A DNA stretch of 45,373 nucleotides from Promethearchaeota archaeon (GTDB lineage: Archaea > Asgardarchaeota > Lokiarchaeia > Sigyniarchaeales > SOKP01): assembly GCA_016839705.1 (NCBI GenBank), contig JAEOTR010000037.1, positions 1-45,373 on the forward strand, read 5' to 3'. This document shows positions 19,221-28,336 of the stretch, in pieces. The notes below the pieces were generated by a model. That model searched no databases. It was not told where the DNA came from and was given only the letters and a program-made list of their open reading frames with translations. The position numbers were made by a program, and so were the translations under genes. The number at the start of each line of letters is the position of its first letter. The stretch's first letter is position 1.

Positions 19221-20474
19221 TTAATAGACTGTTTTGATCCTTATTATCTCTTTATGTATTAGATCCAATAAATGATTAATCTCGAAAAGTTGTTGGTTTA
19301 TAACGTTAACCTTTTGTTCTAAAATTTCTGGATCTGCTAAAGTCAAGTGTTCTAATTCTTTCCTTACGATATTATAGGATCTTATTTGATTTAACCTACT
19401 TTGCATTTTTTTTATGGTGAGCTCAAAATCCCGCTTATAATTTCTTAATCTTCCGAAAATATTATCTATAGCATCAATTTTAGTAAACATTTTATTAATA
19501 TCTTCTTCTAATTTCAAGCTCTTTGCTATTTCTGCGATACTTTCAAAATAAGATATGACCAAATCTCGTTGATTTCTATTTAGTGTTTTAGTCTTAAAAA
19601 TTTCCTCTGGAGTTATATTATCGAGAATATTGGATATATATTTGATCGCTACCTTTTTGTTCCAAAGCCCTCTTTCATATTCGGTTGTTAACCGATTATG
19701 ATTTGCTGCTTCTACCGAATTATCAGTCCCAAATTCCTCGAAATCGGTTATTAATTCTAATTCATCTAATTCTAATTGAGTTATTAATGGTGAAAATCTT
19801 ACTTGTAGTTGTTTTTTTCCAAAAAATTCTTCACCTTGTCTTAAAATCTGAGTATAATCTTGAACCATTTCCGTACCAATTGGCGCAAATAACACTCCAC
19901 TTTCTTTATCAAGTTGATTCAATAAAGGATAAATTTTTTGTTGCTCAATTGCACCAGTCACAAGAATTTTTTGCCATGGATATAAATCTGGTGCTCCATT
20001 CAGAGGATTTTTTATAATTATGGTTACTCGATCATCGAGTTTTAACTTTTTTAAATTTTCCGTAGTGAGTTTTGCAATATCCGGATTTGCTTCAAGGATT
20101 ATTATCTCACCTTTAGGCGCTAATTGATGTGCTAATGCAGCAATATATCCACTCTTTGCTCCTAATATAAGAAGATCATCATTTTCTTCAAGACTTAACC
20201 CCTGGAGCATAATTGTTATCATATGAGGAGCCGAAATTGTTCTATAGCTTCTAGGATTCTTCTCATCATAATAAAAGAGATTTGGTACATCATCATAAAA
20301 TTTAGCTATCTTCTTGAATTTTTCAGGTATAAAATGTTCTAAAGGAATGTCTATGAATGCTTTGATAAGCCTTTTATCTTTTAAGATTTCTCTATATATT
20401 AACGCATCTAGGAGCCGTTTTTTCTTGGCTTTTAAATTGTCTTTTAGTTTATTGTTTCTATCCAAATTTATCAA
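19221..20474 (-). CDS. Protein-L-isoaspartate O-methyltransferase-like protein with C-terminal coiled-coil extension
   Basis: HFIP, TISAPHM, GAKSGYIAAL, PWQKILVTGA, LFAPIG, VRFSPL; about 170 aa helical tail. Confidence 0.75.
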   Translation of the reverse strand: MINLDRNNKLKDNLKAKKKRLLDALIYREILKDKRLIKAFIDIPLEHFIPEKFKKIAKFYDDVPNLFYYDEKNPRSYRTISAPHMITIMLQGLSLEENDDLLILGAKSGYIAALAHQLAPKGEIIILEANPDIAKLTTENLKKLKLDDRVTIIIKNPLNGAPDLYPWQKILVTGAIEQQKIYPLLNQLDKESGVLFAPIGTEMVQDYTQILRQGEEFFGKKQLQVRFSPLITQLELDELELITDFEEFGTDNSVEAANHNRLTTEYERGLWNKKVAIKYISNILDNITPEEIFKTKTLNRNQRDLVISYFESIAEIAKSLKLEEDINKMFTKIDAIDNIFGRLRNYKRDFELTIKKMQSRLNQIRSYNIVRKELEHLTLADPEILEQKVNVINQQLFEINHLLDLIHKEIIRIKTVY

Positions 20475-20591
20475 CTTATCCTATTAAAAAAGTAATATAA
20501 AAGTAACTTATTATATTTTGTTATAATAACTTTTAACAGTTTTTTTCAATTCTATATCCTTGGATCAATATATAAACAAGGATTTATAAGA

Positions 20592-21170
20592 ATGATTTTT
20601 TTAGATATAGAAAATATAAAAGACGCCAAATTCACATTAAGTTTGGTGTTCTTGAATGTTATGATCTTTTTGATATTTAACTGGACCTTACCAATAGATT
20701 TTCTTTTATTTTTTGTCCAAATAAATAGAAGCATCATAAACAACTTTGAGATATGGAGACTTATTACACCAATATTCTTTCATGCCAATGAATTACATTT
20801 GTTTTCAAATACAATTGCCTTGTTATTGTTCGGAGCTACTGTGGAGACTAACCCAAAATTTTCAAAGCTAAATTTTTTATTAATTTATTTCATCTCTGGG
20901 TTTATTGGAAACTTATTCTCATTATTCTTATTACCGTTCGATACAATTAGTTTAGGAGCCTCAGGAGCGATATTTGGCCTAATTGGCGTCGCATTAATCA
21001 TTGTAATAACAGATAATCGCGCTCTCTTACCTTTCGCCCTTTTATATATAGTGTATTTTATTATAGCCTCTTTTATGCCCGGAATTAATATTTGGGCACA
21101 TATCTTTGGTTTAGTGGTTGGGCTTCTGTTTGGCTATTTATTCTATTCTAGGAAAAATAGTATTAGGTAA
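20592..21170 (+). CDS. Rhomboid intramembrane serine protease
   Basis: WRLIT, HANELHLFSN, catalytic GASG, AHIFG. Confidence 0.9.
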   Translation: MIFLDIENIKDAKFTLSLVFLNVMIFLIFNWTLPIDFLLFFVQINRSIINNFEIWRLITPIFFHANELHLFSNTIALLLFGATVETNPKFSKLNFLLIYFISGFIGNLFSLFLLPFDTISLGASGAIFGLIGVALIIVITDNRALLPFALLYIVYFIIASFMPGINIWAHIFGLVVGLLFGYLFYSRKNSIR

Positions 21171-21186
21171 TTGTATTAGACCAACA

Positions 21187-21846
21187 TCATTTTTTCTTTT
21201 TTTTCATCTTATTTTCCATTGTAAAATTTTTAGGGCAGATTGTGTTTAATGGGCAGATTTCACATTTTGGATTTTTAGGTAAACAGATTTGCTGACCAAA
21301 TCTCACAAATAAGCGGTTTATCTTTATCCACAGATTTTTAGGAATCTTATTTTTTAAAGCTTCTTCTGTCTTGTCAGGACTTTTCGTTTGCACCAATCCT
21401 AACCTGTGACTTATACGATGTACATGAACATCCACTGGAATAGCGGGAATCTTATAGGCATAAACTAACACACAATTCGCTGTTTTTGCACCAACTCCTG
21501 GTAAATTTATCAATTCTTCAAAATCAGGAGGAACCTCACCATTATATTCTTCTAAAAGTCTTTTTGAAACTTCTTTTATTCGCGCTGCTTTTACTTTATA
21601 AAAACCAGAGACTTTGATTAGTTCTTCAAGTGTAACTATTTCTGCTTCAGCTATTAATTGAGGGGTATTATATTTGGCAAATAATCTTTCAGTTGCAACT
21701 CTAGTATTAGAGTCTCTTGTTCGAGCTGAAAGTATAGTTGATATTAAGATTTTAAAGGGATCTTGCTTTTTATTAGCTAATTCATCTAAGTGAGCTTCCC
21801 CTTCAATCGCAGAATCAATTTTACTTAAAATTTCTTCAAAATTCAT
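21187..21846 (-). CDS. nth: Endonuclease III
   Basis: HhH LPGVGAKTA, PVDVH, 4Fe-4S motif C-x6-C-x2-C-x5-C. Confidence 0.93.
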   Translation of the reverse strand: MNFEEILSKIDSAIEGEAHLDELANKKQDPFKILISTILSARTRDSNTRVATERLFAKYNTPQLIAEAEIVTLEELIKVSGFYKVKAARIKEVSKRLLEEYNGEVPPDFEELINLPGVGAKTANCVLVYAYKIPAIPVDVHVHRISHRLGLVQTKSPDKTEEALKNKIPKNLWIKINRLFVRFGQQICLPKNPKCEICPLNTICPKNFTMENKMKKKKK

Positions 21847-23270
21847 TTTTTCGCTCGTTTTTCAAAAATATATACTTTTCTCTTAATAATTTGGCCTTTC
21901 TTAGCATCAATTAAATTTTTAATAGGAGTATTAGGAAATTGAAGTTTTGGGTTTAATTTTTTTATTAATCTATTAGAATCTAGTATTGGGACTAGTTCAA
22001 ACTTATAATTCTTAACAATTTTTTCGAGGTTTAATTGAATATCATTTCCATCCACGGTGTTAATGATAGGGGCAACAAGACATATTCTTCCTTCATCTTT
22101 TAATACTTTATATGATTCTTTAAAGAAATCGTTATAGAGGGGCTCTAATTTTGTGTCCACTAATTCTTTCGCTTGAATATAGTATGGTCTTTTTAAAAAA
22201 AAAGGTCCTAGTTCTGGTTCTGTGCAAATCCCATCAAAAAAGTTCTCTTTAAACATAGTTGAGAGATTTTTTATATCAATTTTTAATATTTGTTTTGTTA
22301 AAAACATAGGAGATTCTTCTTCTAATACATCTACCATCCAGTTTAAATTTCGTAAGGTGTTTTTAACTTTCTTTTCCTCTTTATCTGAGCCATAAATTTG
22401 AAAATCATGCAATAATGCAAACATTAAAATTGTTCCATTTCCCACAAATGGGTCAAGGATTTTTACATTTTCCCTGCTATTAAATAAATTTAAAAAATTT
22501 AACATCATCAATGAGAGTTTGGGGGAAATGCTACTCTTAAATTCTTTAAAAGGTCGCTCTTCATCAATTTTCTTTTTAAAATTAGGATCATCAACCATGA
22601 ATGTTCTAGCTAAATAAGCACCCTCATCTGTAAATCCGAATATTATTTCAGCTCTATTTTGGGTAAGTAACTCATATTTAATTACGATATGAGGAAATAT
22701 AGGATTTAAGTTCCCCTCTTTAATGTTTTTTTCTGGATATTTAAAATAAAGGACTTTTACCGCTCCCTTTTGTTTTAGAAGCTCCATTATTTCTTTATTT
22801 AAAAAAGGCAAAAAATGTTTTACCAAAATCTTAGAGTAATATTCTTCATCATAAAGATTTGGATATATTGATACGGCGAAGAACATACTCTCATATATCT
22901 TGGGAAAGATTTTATTTTTCCCTGTTAGAGAATTATCGATAACCATTACAATCTTTTTTCGATTTTGCTCTAGGTTTTTATATTTGTGAATATTGAATGG
23001 AAATGCTGCTTCAATTGTGTTTATATCAATGAAATCTAATATTTTAGCTATTTTCTGACAACCCCCTAATGTGAATTGGATTTCCATAAGTTCATTTATA
23101 AAGTAGGGTTCTTCATGTAATTTATCGAACTCTACAATTGCGATATTAGCTGAATAGTCTATTATCTTTCCCTTGTTCTTGGAATACCTCAGATAATTAT
23201 CAAGCTCTGCAATTGAAAGTTGCCAATTTGAACCTAAAACGAATAAAAATCTTTCCATAAGTAAGAACAA
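21843..23270 (-). CDS. Trm11/TrmG10-like tRNA methyltransferase
   Basis: SISPKLS, LDPFVGNGT, GSD, ICTEPELG; ATGA overlap with nth. Confidence 0.65.
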   Translation of the reverse strand: MFLLMERFLFVLGSNWQLSIAELDNYLRYSKNKGKIIDYSANIAIVEFDKLHEEPYFINELMEIQFTLGGCQKIAKILDFIDINTIEAAFPFNIHKYKNLEQNRKKIVMVIDNSLTGKNKIFPKIYESMFFAVSIYPNLYDEEYYSKILVKHFLPFLNKEIMELLKQKGAVKVLYFKYPEKNIKEGNLNPIFPHIVIKYELLTQNRAEIIFGFTDEGAYLARTFMVDDPNFKKKIDEERPFKEFKSSISPKLSLMMLNFLNLFNSRENVKILDPFVGNGTILMFALLHDFQIYGSDKEEKKVKNTLRNLNWMVDVLEEESPMFLTKQILKIDIKNLSTMFKENFFDGICTEPELGPFFLKRPYYIQAKELVDTKLEPLYNDFFKESYKVLKDEGRICLVAPIINTVDGNDIQLNLEKIVKNYKFELVPILDSNRLIKKLNPKLQFPNTPIKNLIDAKKGQIIKRKVYIFEKRAKK

Positions 23271-23343
23271 AAAATTCTGTAAAGTTTAGAATATTCGATA
23301 TAATTTCTATTTTTCGAATAAACTGAGATATAAATTCTTCAAT

Positions 23344-24600
23344 CTAATTTCCATCCTTTTTATCTAACCATTCTTTAAAAGCTTTAGTTTGCTTTCCATG
23401 CCAAATGGCATTTTTTTGATAGCCTTTTTCGAATTCTTCTATCTCTTCTTCCAGATCATCTAAAGATGATTCTAGTATCTCTGTTTCTTTCTCACCTTCC
23501 TCAAGATCTATTGATAATTCGTAATGTTCTCCTGTAATTTCCTCAAGCGCACTCATAATATCTTCAAGATCTTCTTTTTTTCGTTCTTGTAAAGGCACTT
23601 TCTCAAGAACTGTTTCTTCAGAATCCTCTTTTATTACTTCTTTTTTTGTTTTCTCAAAAGCTTTTTTTCTTTCCAATTTCTCTTGTTGCGTGTCCTTAAT
23701 CTCCTTAATTATAGTTTCATAATTATCTTTGAAATATTTTAAACTTACATTGATAAAATCTGAAAAACTCTCCCAATTCTCATTTTTTATAATATTTTCA
23801 ACCCAATAATATAAATCTAAGTTTAATTCAACTGTTACGGGTTTTCCTTCTGTTTCTACTCCGGTTGTCAACCAACTTAGAATATTAGCTATTAATATAT
23901 CATTATCAAAGGATGTAAATCCATATTCTCTTGTAAGAGAAGAAAAAATACTGAAGTTCCCAAGTCCCACAACCCTTCCTGAATAATATTCCACAGCTAC
24001 CAACAGTGGAATTTTAGGGGAATCTTCTTCAACCCAGTCGTTTCCATCAAAAATCTTATGCCAACTATTTAATCCAGATAGTAACAGTTCATAGACTTTG
24101 ATATTTTTTTCATCTTCAAGATAATCTAAAATTCCTATAGAACATGAGCTTGAAAAAACTATTTTCTTAATCTGTTCTGTTATTACGTGGGGTATAAAAC
24201 TTGATATAAGGGGTCTTTTTTGAAGTTTAACGAAATTCACAGAGTCATTTATCTCATCTGATATAAATTCAAATCCGAAATTTCTTGTCAATTCATTTAA
24301 ATTTGTTTTATTAGTATGATCTCCTCCACTAGAACTTGTTATTAAAAGATTTCCACCATTTTTTACATAACTTTTGAGGGTATTAATTTCATTTGGCTTC
24401 AAGTTTTCATTTCTTGGCGTTGACAAGATTATAGCAGTATATTTCTTTAAATCATTTGCAGAACTCAGCCCCTTTTCAATTTTAGAAACTGAATATCCAG
24501 AAGTAAACAAAAATTGGGTAAATTCCGAAAAACTGGATGCTTCTAACGCTAAAATATTGCTGTGGCTATTATCAAGACCAATGATAGCTTTATCTGGCAA
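23344..24600 (-). CDS. GIFT-domain (IFT52/GldG-like) protein with RHH-like segment and acidic tail
   Basis: LDNSHSN, YVKNGGNLLI...GG...TNLNEL...FG, GRVVGLG...N...LSWLTTG; no signal peptide. Confidence 0.7.
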   Translation of the reverse strand: MPDKAIIGLDNSHSNILALEASSFSEFTQFLFTSGYSVSKIEKGLSSANDLKKYTAIILSTPRNENLKPNEINTLKSYVKNGGNLLITSSSGGDHTNKTNLNELTRNFGFEFISDEINDSVNFVKLQKRPLISSFIPHVITEQIKKIVFSSSCSIGILDYLEDEKNIKVYELLLSGLNSWHKIFDGNDWVEEDSPKIPLLVAVEYYSGRVVGLGNFSIFSSLTREYGFTSFDNDILIANILSWLTTGVETEGKPVTVELNLDLYYWVENIIKNENWESFSDFINVSLKYFKDNYETIIKEIKDTQQEKLERKKAFEKTKKEVIKEDSEETVLEKVPLQERKKEDLEDIMSALEEITGEHYELSIDLEEGEKETEILESSLDDLEEEIEEFEKGYQKNAIWHGKQTKAFKEWLDKKDGN

Positions 24601-24696
24601 GTCAATCCATTCCTCTTAATTTTGAACTTGAATAAAAAGAAAAAATCTCTTTATTTCCTATAAGATATACTTCTCTTATCCTATAAATAAAATTAT

Positions 24697-25554
24697 CTAA
24701 TTTTTTTTCACAAATATATCTAAAACTGTATGAAACAAATTTGGACCATAACTTTTTACAAGCCTATGGGAATTTAAATTACAATTATATTGTTCTTCTT
24801 GACAAACTTCCTCAAAGTCTTTAAACAGAGAGCTATGATCATCTTTCTCAACCACCCCTTCAAAATGAAAAACTGTGCCTTCTTTTTTAGTTAAGCTTAG
24901 TGCTTCTTTAATAAAATCTATTGGTGCAGGAAAAACCCCCATAATTACACGATCAGCTCTTAATCCAGATTTACTTAATTCTATGACTTCCTTTTTACAA
25001 TCTCCATTAATTGCTATTATTTTTTCTTCCAAATGGTTGAGTTTTATATTTTCGAGTAAAGTTTTGTAGGATTTGGGATTAAGTTCAATGCTATAAATTT
25101 GCCCTACTTCGGAATGTTTTGCTATAGGTAATGAAAAATACCCTATACCGGCAAACATATCTACTATTTTCTCCCCTTTTTTGACCAATGTTGCTAAAAA
25201 TCTCCTTTCGTTAAGATTTCCTTGACTAAACATAATTTTTGTTATATCAAATCGATATATGATACCGTGCTCTCTATGCTCTACAATAGGATTATCCTCT
25301 CCAACGAGAAATTCGATATTCTCTGGTTCTCTAAATGACCCAATAATACGACCCTTGTTAATATAGACACTCCTTATTTTGGAAAGTAGATCTAAATAAG
25401 CTTGACCAATAATTTCTTTTTTTTCCAACAATTTTGGATTTAATTTCACAATAATAATATTTCCTAAAGTTTGGAAGCCGCGTGGGAGAATTGAAAGTTC
25501 TTCCTCAGTTAAAACATCACTTAACTTTTCTGTTAGCCTCTTTTTAAAACTCAT
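24697..25554 (-). CDS. Trm5/Taw2 (TYW2)-family SAM-dependent tRNA-modifying transferase
   Basis: FDITKIMFSQGNLNER, DMFAGIGYF, ELNP, ADRVIMG, VKSYGP. Confidence 0.85.
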   Translation of the reverse strand: MSFKKRLTEKLSDVLTEEELSILPRGFQTLGNIIIVKLNPKLLEKKEIIGQAYLDLLSKIRSVYINKGRIIGSFREPENIEFLVGEDNPIVEHREHGIIYRFDITKIMFSQGNLNERRFLATLVKKGEKIVDMFAGIGYFSLPIAKHSEVGQIYSIELNPKSYKTLLENIKLNHLEEKIIAINGDCKKEVIELSKSGLRADRVIMGVFPAPIDFIKEALSLTKKEGTVFHFEGVVEKDDHSSLFKDFEEVCQEEQYNCNLNSHRLVKSYGPNLFHTVLDIFVKKN

Positions 25555-25731
25555 AAACTTTTATTCTTCTTATACTATTTTTTGTATTTAGAATTATAAT
25601 ATTCTGTTAATTGACCTAATTCTGAATCAAGGTAAATTATTATATTATAATAAATCAATCATAATATACTAATAGTAAATTTATCTAAAATTAATAATTT
25701 TGAAAAAGATTCGTTAAATAAGTGAAATATT

Positions 25732-27585
25732 ATGCCGAGTTTAGATGATTTTATAGTTGACGAAAATAAAGTATGGTTTACAGAAGGCTATTGGCCAGAA
25801 GGAGTACCAAAACAGTTGAAAGATGTTAATGATGTCAAAATCACTACAATGTGGGAGGGATATCTTCATACCGCTGATTACTATGGAACGTGGGATAATG
25901 ATATCTGTGTGTTTGTCTATAAGTCATACATAGAGCGAGTGAAACTGAGAACTCTTTTTGAATATGGCAAGAGGTTTGGGACTTTTCTTTCCGATAACTT
26001 GGGAATAAAACAAGGGGATGTGGTTGCAATTGATGTACCGAATTCAATCAACTTTGTAGTTGCGTATATGGGCTGCCAATATATTGGCGCGATCGCACAA
26101 GGTATTAATATGACTTATAAATCCATGGAATTACTACATTCTCTAAAAATGACTGATGCAAAGGTTTTTGTTATGATGGATATGCTCTATATCACTGGCC
26201 CTAAAGATGTATTACCTCAAACAAGTGTAAAAAATGTAATTGCTACAAATTTTGCGGAATTTCTAACTGCAGATCAAGGAACTATTGAAGGATTAGGAAT
26301 TCCAAGCGCGAAAGATGCAATTCCTGATGAAACTGAAGATTATAAAGTGCATTGGATGGGGGATATAATAAAGAATACAGAACCTAAAGAAATAAAAGTT
26401 GATATTGATCCCTGGACAACTCCTGCTGTGTATCTTATGACTGGTGGAACTACAGGATTACCTAAAGTAGCTATGCTTAGCCATGCAAATCTGGTTGCTA
26501 ACATATATATGGTTAAAGAATGGGTCAAATTATCTCCTGGAATGATTACTATTGGAAGTATCCCATTTTTCCACAGCTTTGGGATGACTTGCGTCATGAA
26601 TGGTGCTTTAAATTTGGGTATGCAGATGGTCCTTTTTCCAAAGCCACCTACTGATGATTTATTATGTGAAACAATAAATAAATTGGAAGCTCCTCAGGGA
26701 ATCATTTATATTGGAGTTGAAATGCTATTTAAGAGGCTAACAGATTTCGCACAAAGTATGGGAGTTGATCATTTTAAGAAAAAATATGATTTTTGGCAAA
26801 AATTAACATACGCTAATTCTGGTGCGGGACCATTACATGACTATGTGAGGATTCCATTTGAAGAAATCTTTTGCCCGATACGAGTAGGTTATGGATTAAC
26901 AGAAACATCACCTATTCATAGCGTAGCTCCTTTTTGGGGACCAACTAAAACGGGAAAATTAGGTTTACCAATGCCTGGTGCAGATTGGGCTATTTTTGAT
27001 TCCGAAAATTTTGAAGCAGGACCCATTTGTGACGGAACTAAGGAAAGAGGAGGTTTTGGAGTCGAAAACACGGGTGAGATTTGCATTGCTGGTCCGCATG
27101 TTATGATGGGATACTTAGGAGTTCAAGAAGAACAAGAGGATAACTTAAAAATGTGGAATGGACAAAGATGGCTATTAACAGGTGATATTGGATTTATGGA
27201 TGAGCAAGGATGGGTAGAAATTCGCGATCGTAAGAAATCATTGATTAAGGTTTCTGGTCATTCTGTTTTCCCAAAGGAGGTTGAAGATTTACTGGGAAAT
27301 CATGAAGCTATCGATGAAGTTGCTGTCGCAAGTCTACCTGATGAAAATACAGGGGAAAAAGTTAAAGCATGGATTACATTGAAGAAAGGTTACAAAGTTG
27401 GTAAGAATATAGAGGTTGAAGATATAAAGCAATGGGCTTTAAATAATATGGCAAAGTGGAAAACTCCTCGCTTGATTGAAGTTGTACGGAAGATGCCTGT
27501 TAGCATGACTGGAAAAGTTCAAAGACGTGAACTACAAGAAAAGGATATAGATAAACTCAAGGAAGGAAAACCCATTAAAGGCTAG
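25732..27585 (+). CDS. Long-chain fatty-acid--CoA ligase (AMP-binding family)
   Basis: MTGGTTGLPK, PFFHSFG, GYGLTETSP, TGDIG, DRKKSLIKVSG, GKVQRR. Confidence 0.9.
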   Translation: MPSLDDFIVDENKVWFTEGYWPEGVPKQLKDVNDVKITTMWEGYLHTADYYGTWDNDICVFVYKSYIERVKLRTLFEYGKRFGTFLSDNLGIKQGDVVAIDVPNSINFVVAYMGCQYIGAIAQGINMTYKSMELLHSLKMTDAKVFVMMDMLYITGPKDVLPQTSVKNVIATNFAEFLTADQGTIEGLGIPSAKDAIPDETEDYKVHWMGDIIKNTEPKEIKVDIDPWTTPAVYLMTGGTTGLPKVAMLSHANLVANIYMVKEWVKLSPGMITIGSIPFFHSFGMTCVMNGALNLGMQMVLFPKPPTDDLLCETINKLEAPQGIIYIGVEMLFKRLTDFAQSMGVDHFKKKYDFWQKLTYANSGAGPLHDYVRIPFEEIFCPIRVGYGLTETSPIHSVAPFWGPTKTGKLGLPMPGADWAIFDSENFEAGPICDGTKERGGFGVENTGEICIAGPHVMMGYLGVQEEQEDNLKMWNGQRWLLTGDIGFMDEQGWVEIRDRKKSLIKVSGHSVFPKEVEDLLGNHEAIDEVAVASLPDENTGEKVKAWITLKKGYKVGKNIEVEDIKQWALNNMAKWKTPRLIEVVRKMPVSMTGKVQRRELQEKDIDKLKEGKPIKG

Positions 27586-27733
27586 ATCTATTTTGTTATA
27601 ACCTAAAATTTTTTTATATTTATTTTTTCTTATTTATTCAATGAATTCCAAGAAAATTCGTTTTATTAAGTAAATTTTTAAGACCTGATTGAGATCAGTT
27701 TAATAATAATAAAAAAGATGATTGCTTAAGAAA

Positions 27734-28285
27734 ATGTCATTACAAAAAACTCGAGAATTTATTCTCCAAGAGAAAATGATTTCTTTAACAGATAAAGGTA
27801 AAATAATGAATTTAGATAAAGAAGTCCTTGGAACCTTTGGAGGTAAAGTAATACAAATCGGTAATACATACAGAATAAGAGACCTTGATGATACACCTCT
27901 TTTGACTATACATGAAAAAGTAATTTCAATGCGCTCGGCCTATACATTCTATAAGGGTGGTGAACAAGATGACGATAAACTCATCGGGAAAATGAAGAAG
28001 AAAATTGTATCGGTAAAGCCAAAATTTTGGTTCGAAGATCCAGATGAAAACAAAGTTTTCACCATGAAAGGCAATATTTTCGCCTTGAAATACAAAATAC
28101 TTAAGGATGATAAGGTTGTCGCAGAAATACACAAGAAATTATTTAAGAGTATAATCAAGGGAACCTATGGAATTAAGATGAATCCAGATTTGGATGACGA
28201 CTCTGCTATGCTTGTTTTAGGAATAGTAATAATGCTCCATCATGAAAAAGAAGAGGATAGTAAACGAAGCCGTCGGCGATTCTGA
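27734..28285 (+). CDS. LURP-one/Tubby-C/scramblase-like protein
   Basis: Repeated beta hairpins (F-x-L-x-EK, GNIFALKYKI, VAEIHKK, TYGI) and a C-terminal hydrophobic helix. Confidence 0.75.
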   Translation: MSLQKTREFILQEKMISLTDKGKIMNLDKEVLGTFGGKVIQIGNTYRIRDLDDTPLLTIHEKVISMRSAYTFYKGGEQDDDKLIGKMKKKIVSVKPKFWFEDPDENKVFTMKGNIFALKYKILKDDKVVAEIHKKLFKSIIKGTYGIKMNPDLDDDSAMLVLGIVIMLHHEKEEDSKRSRRRF

Positions 28286-28336
28286 TTTTGTTTTTTAATA
28301 CATAAAAAAGATTATAATATTTTATTTTACTTTTTT

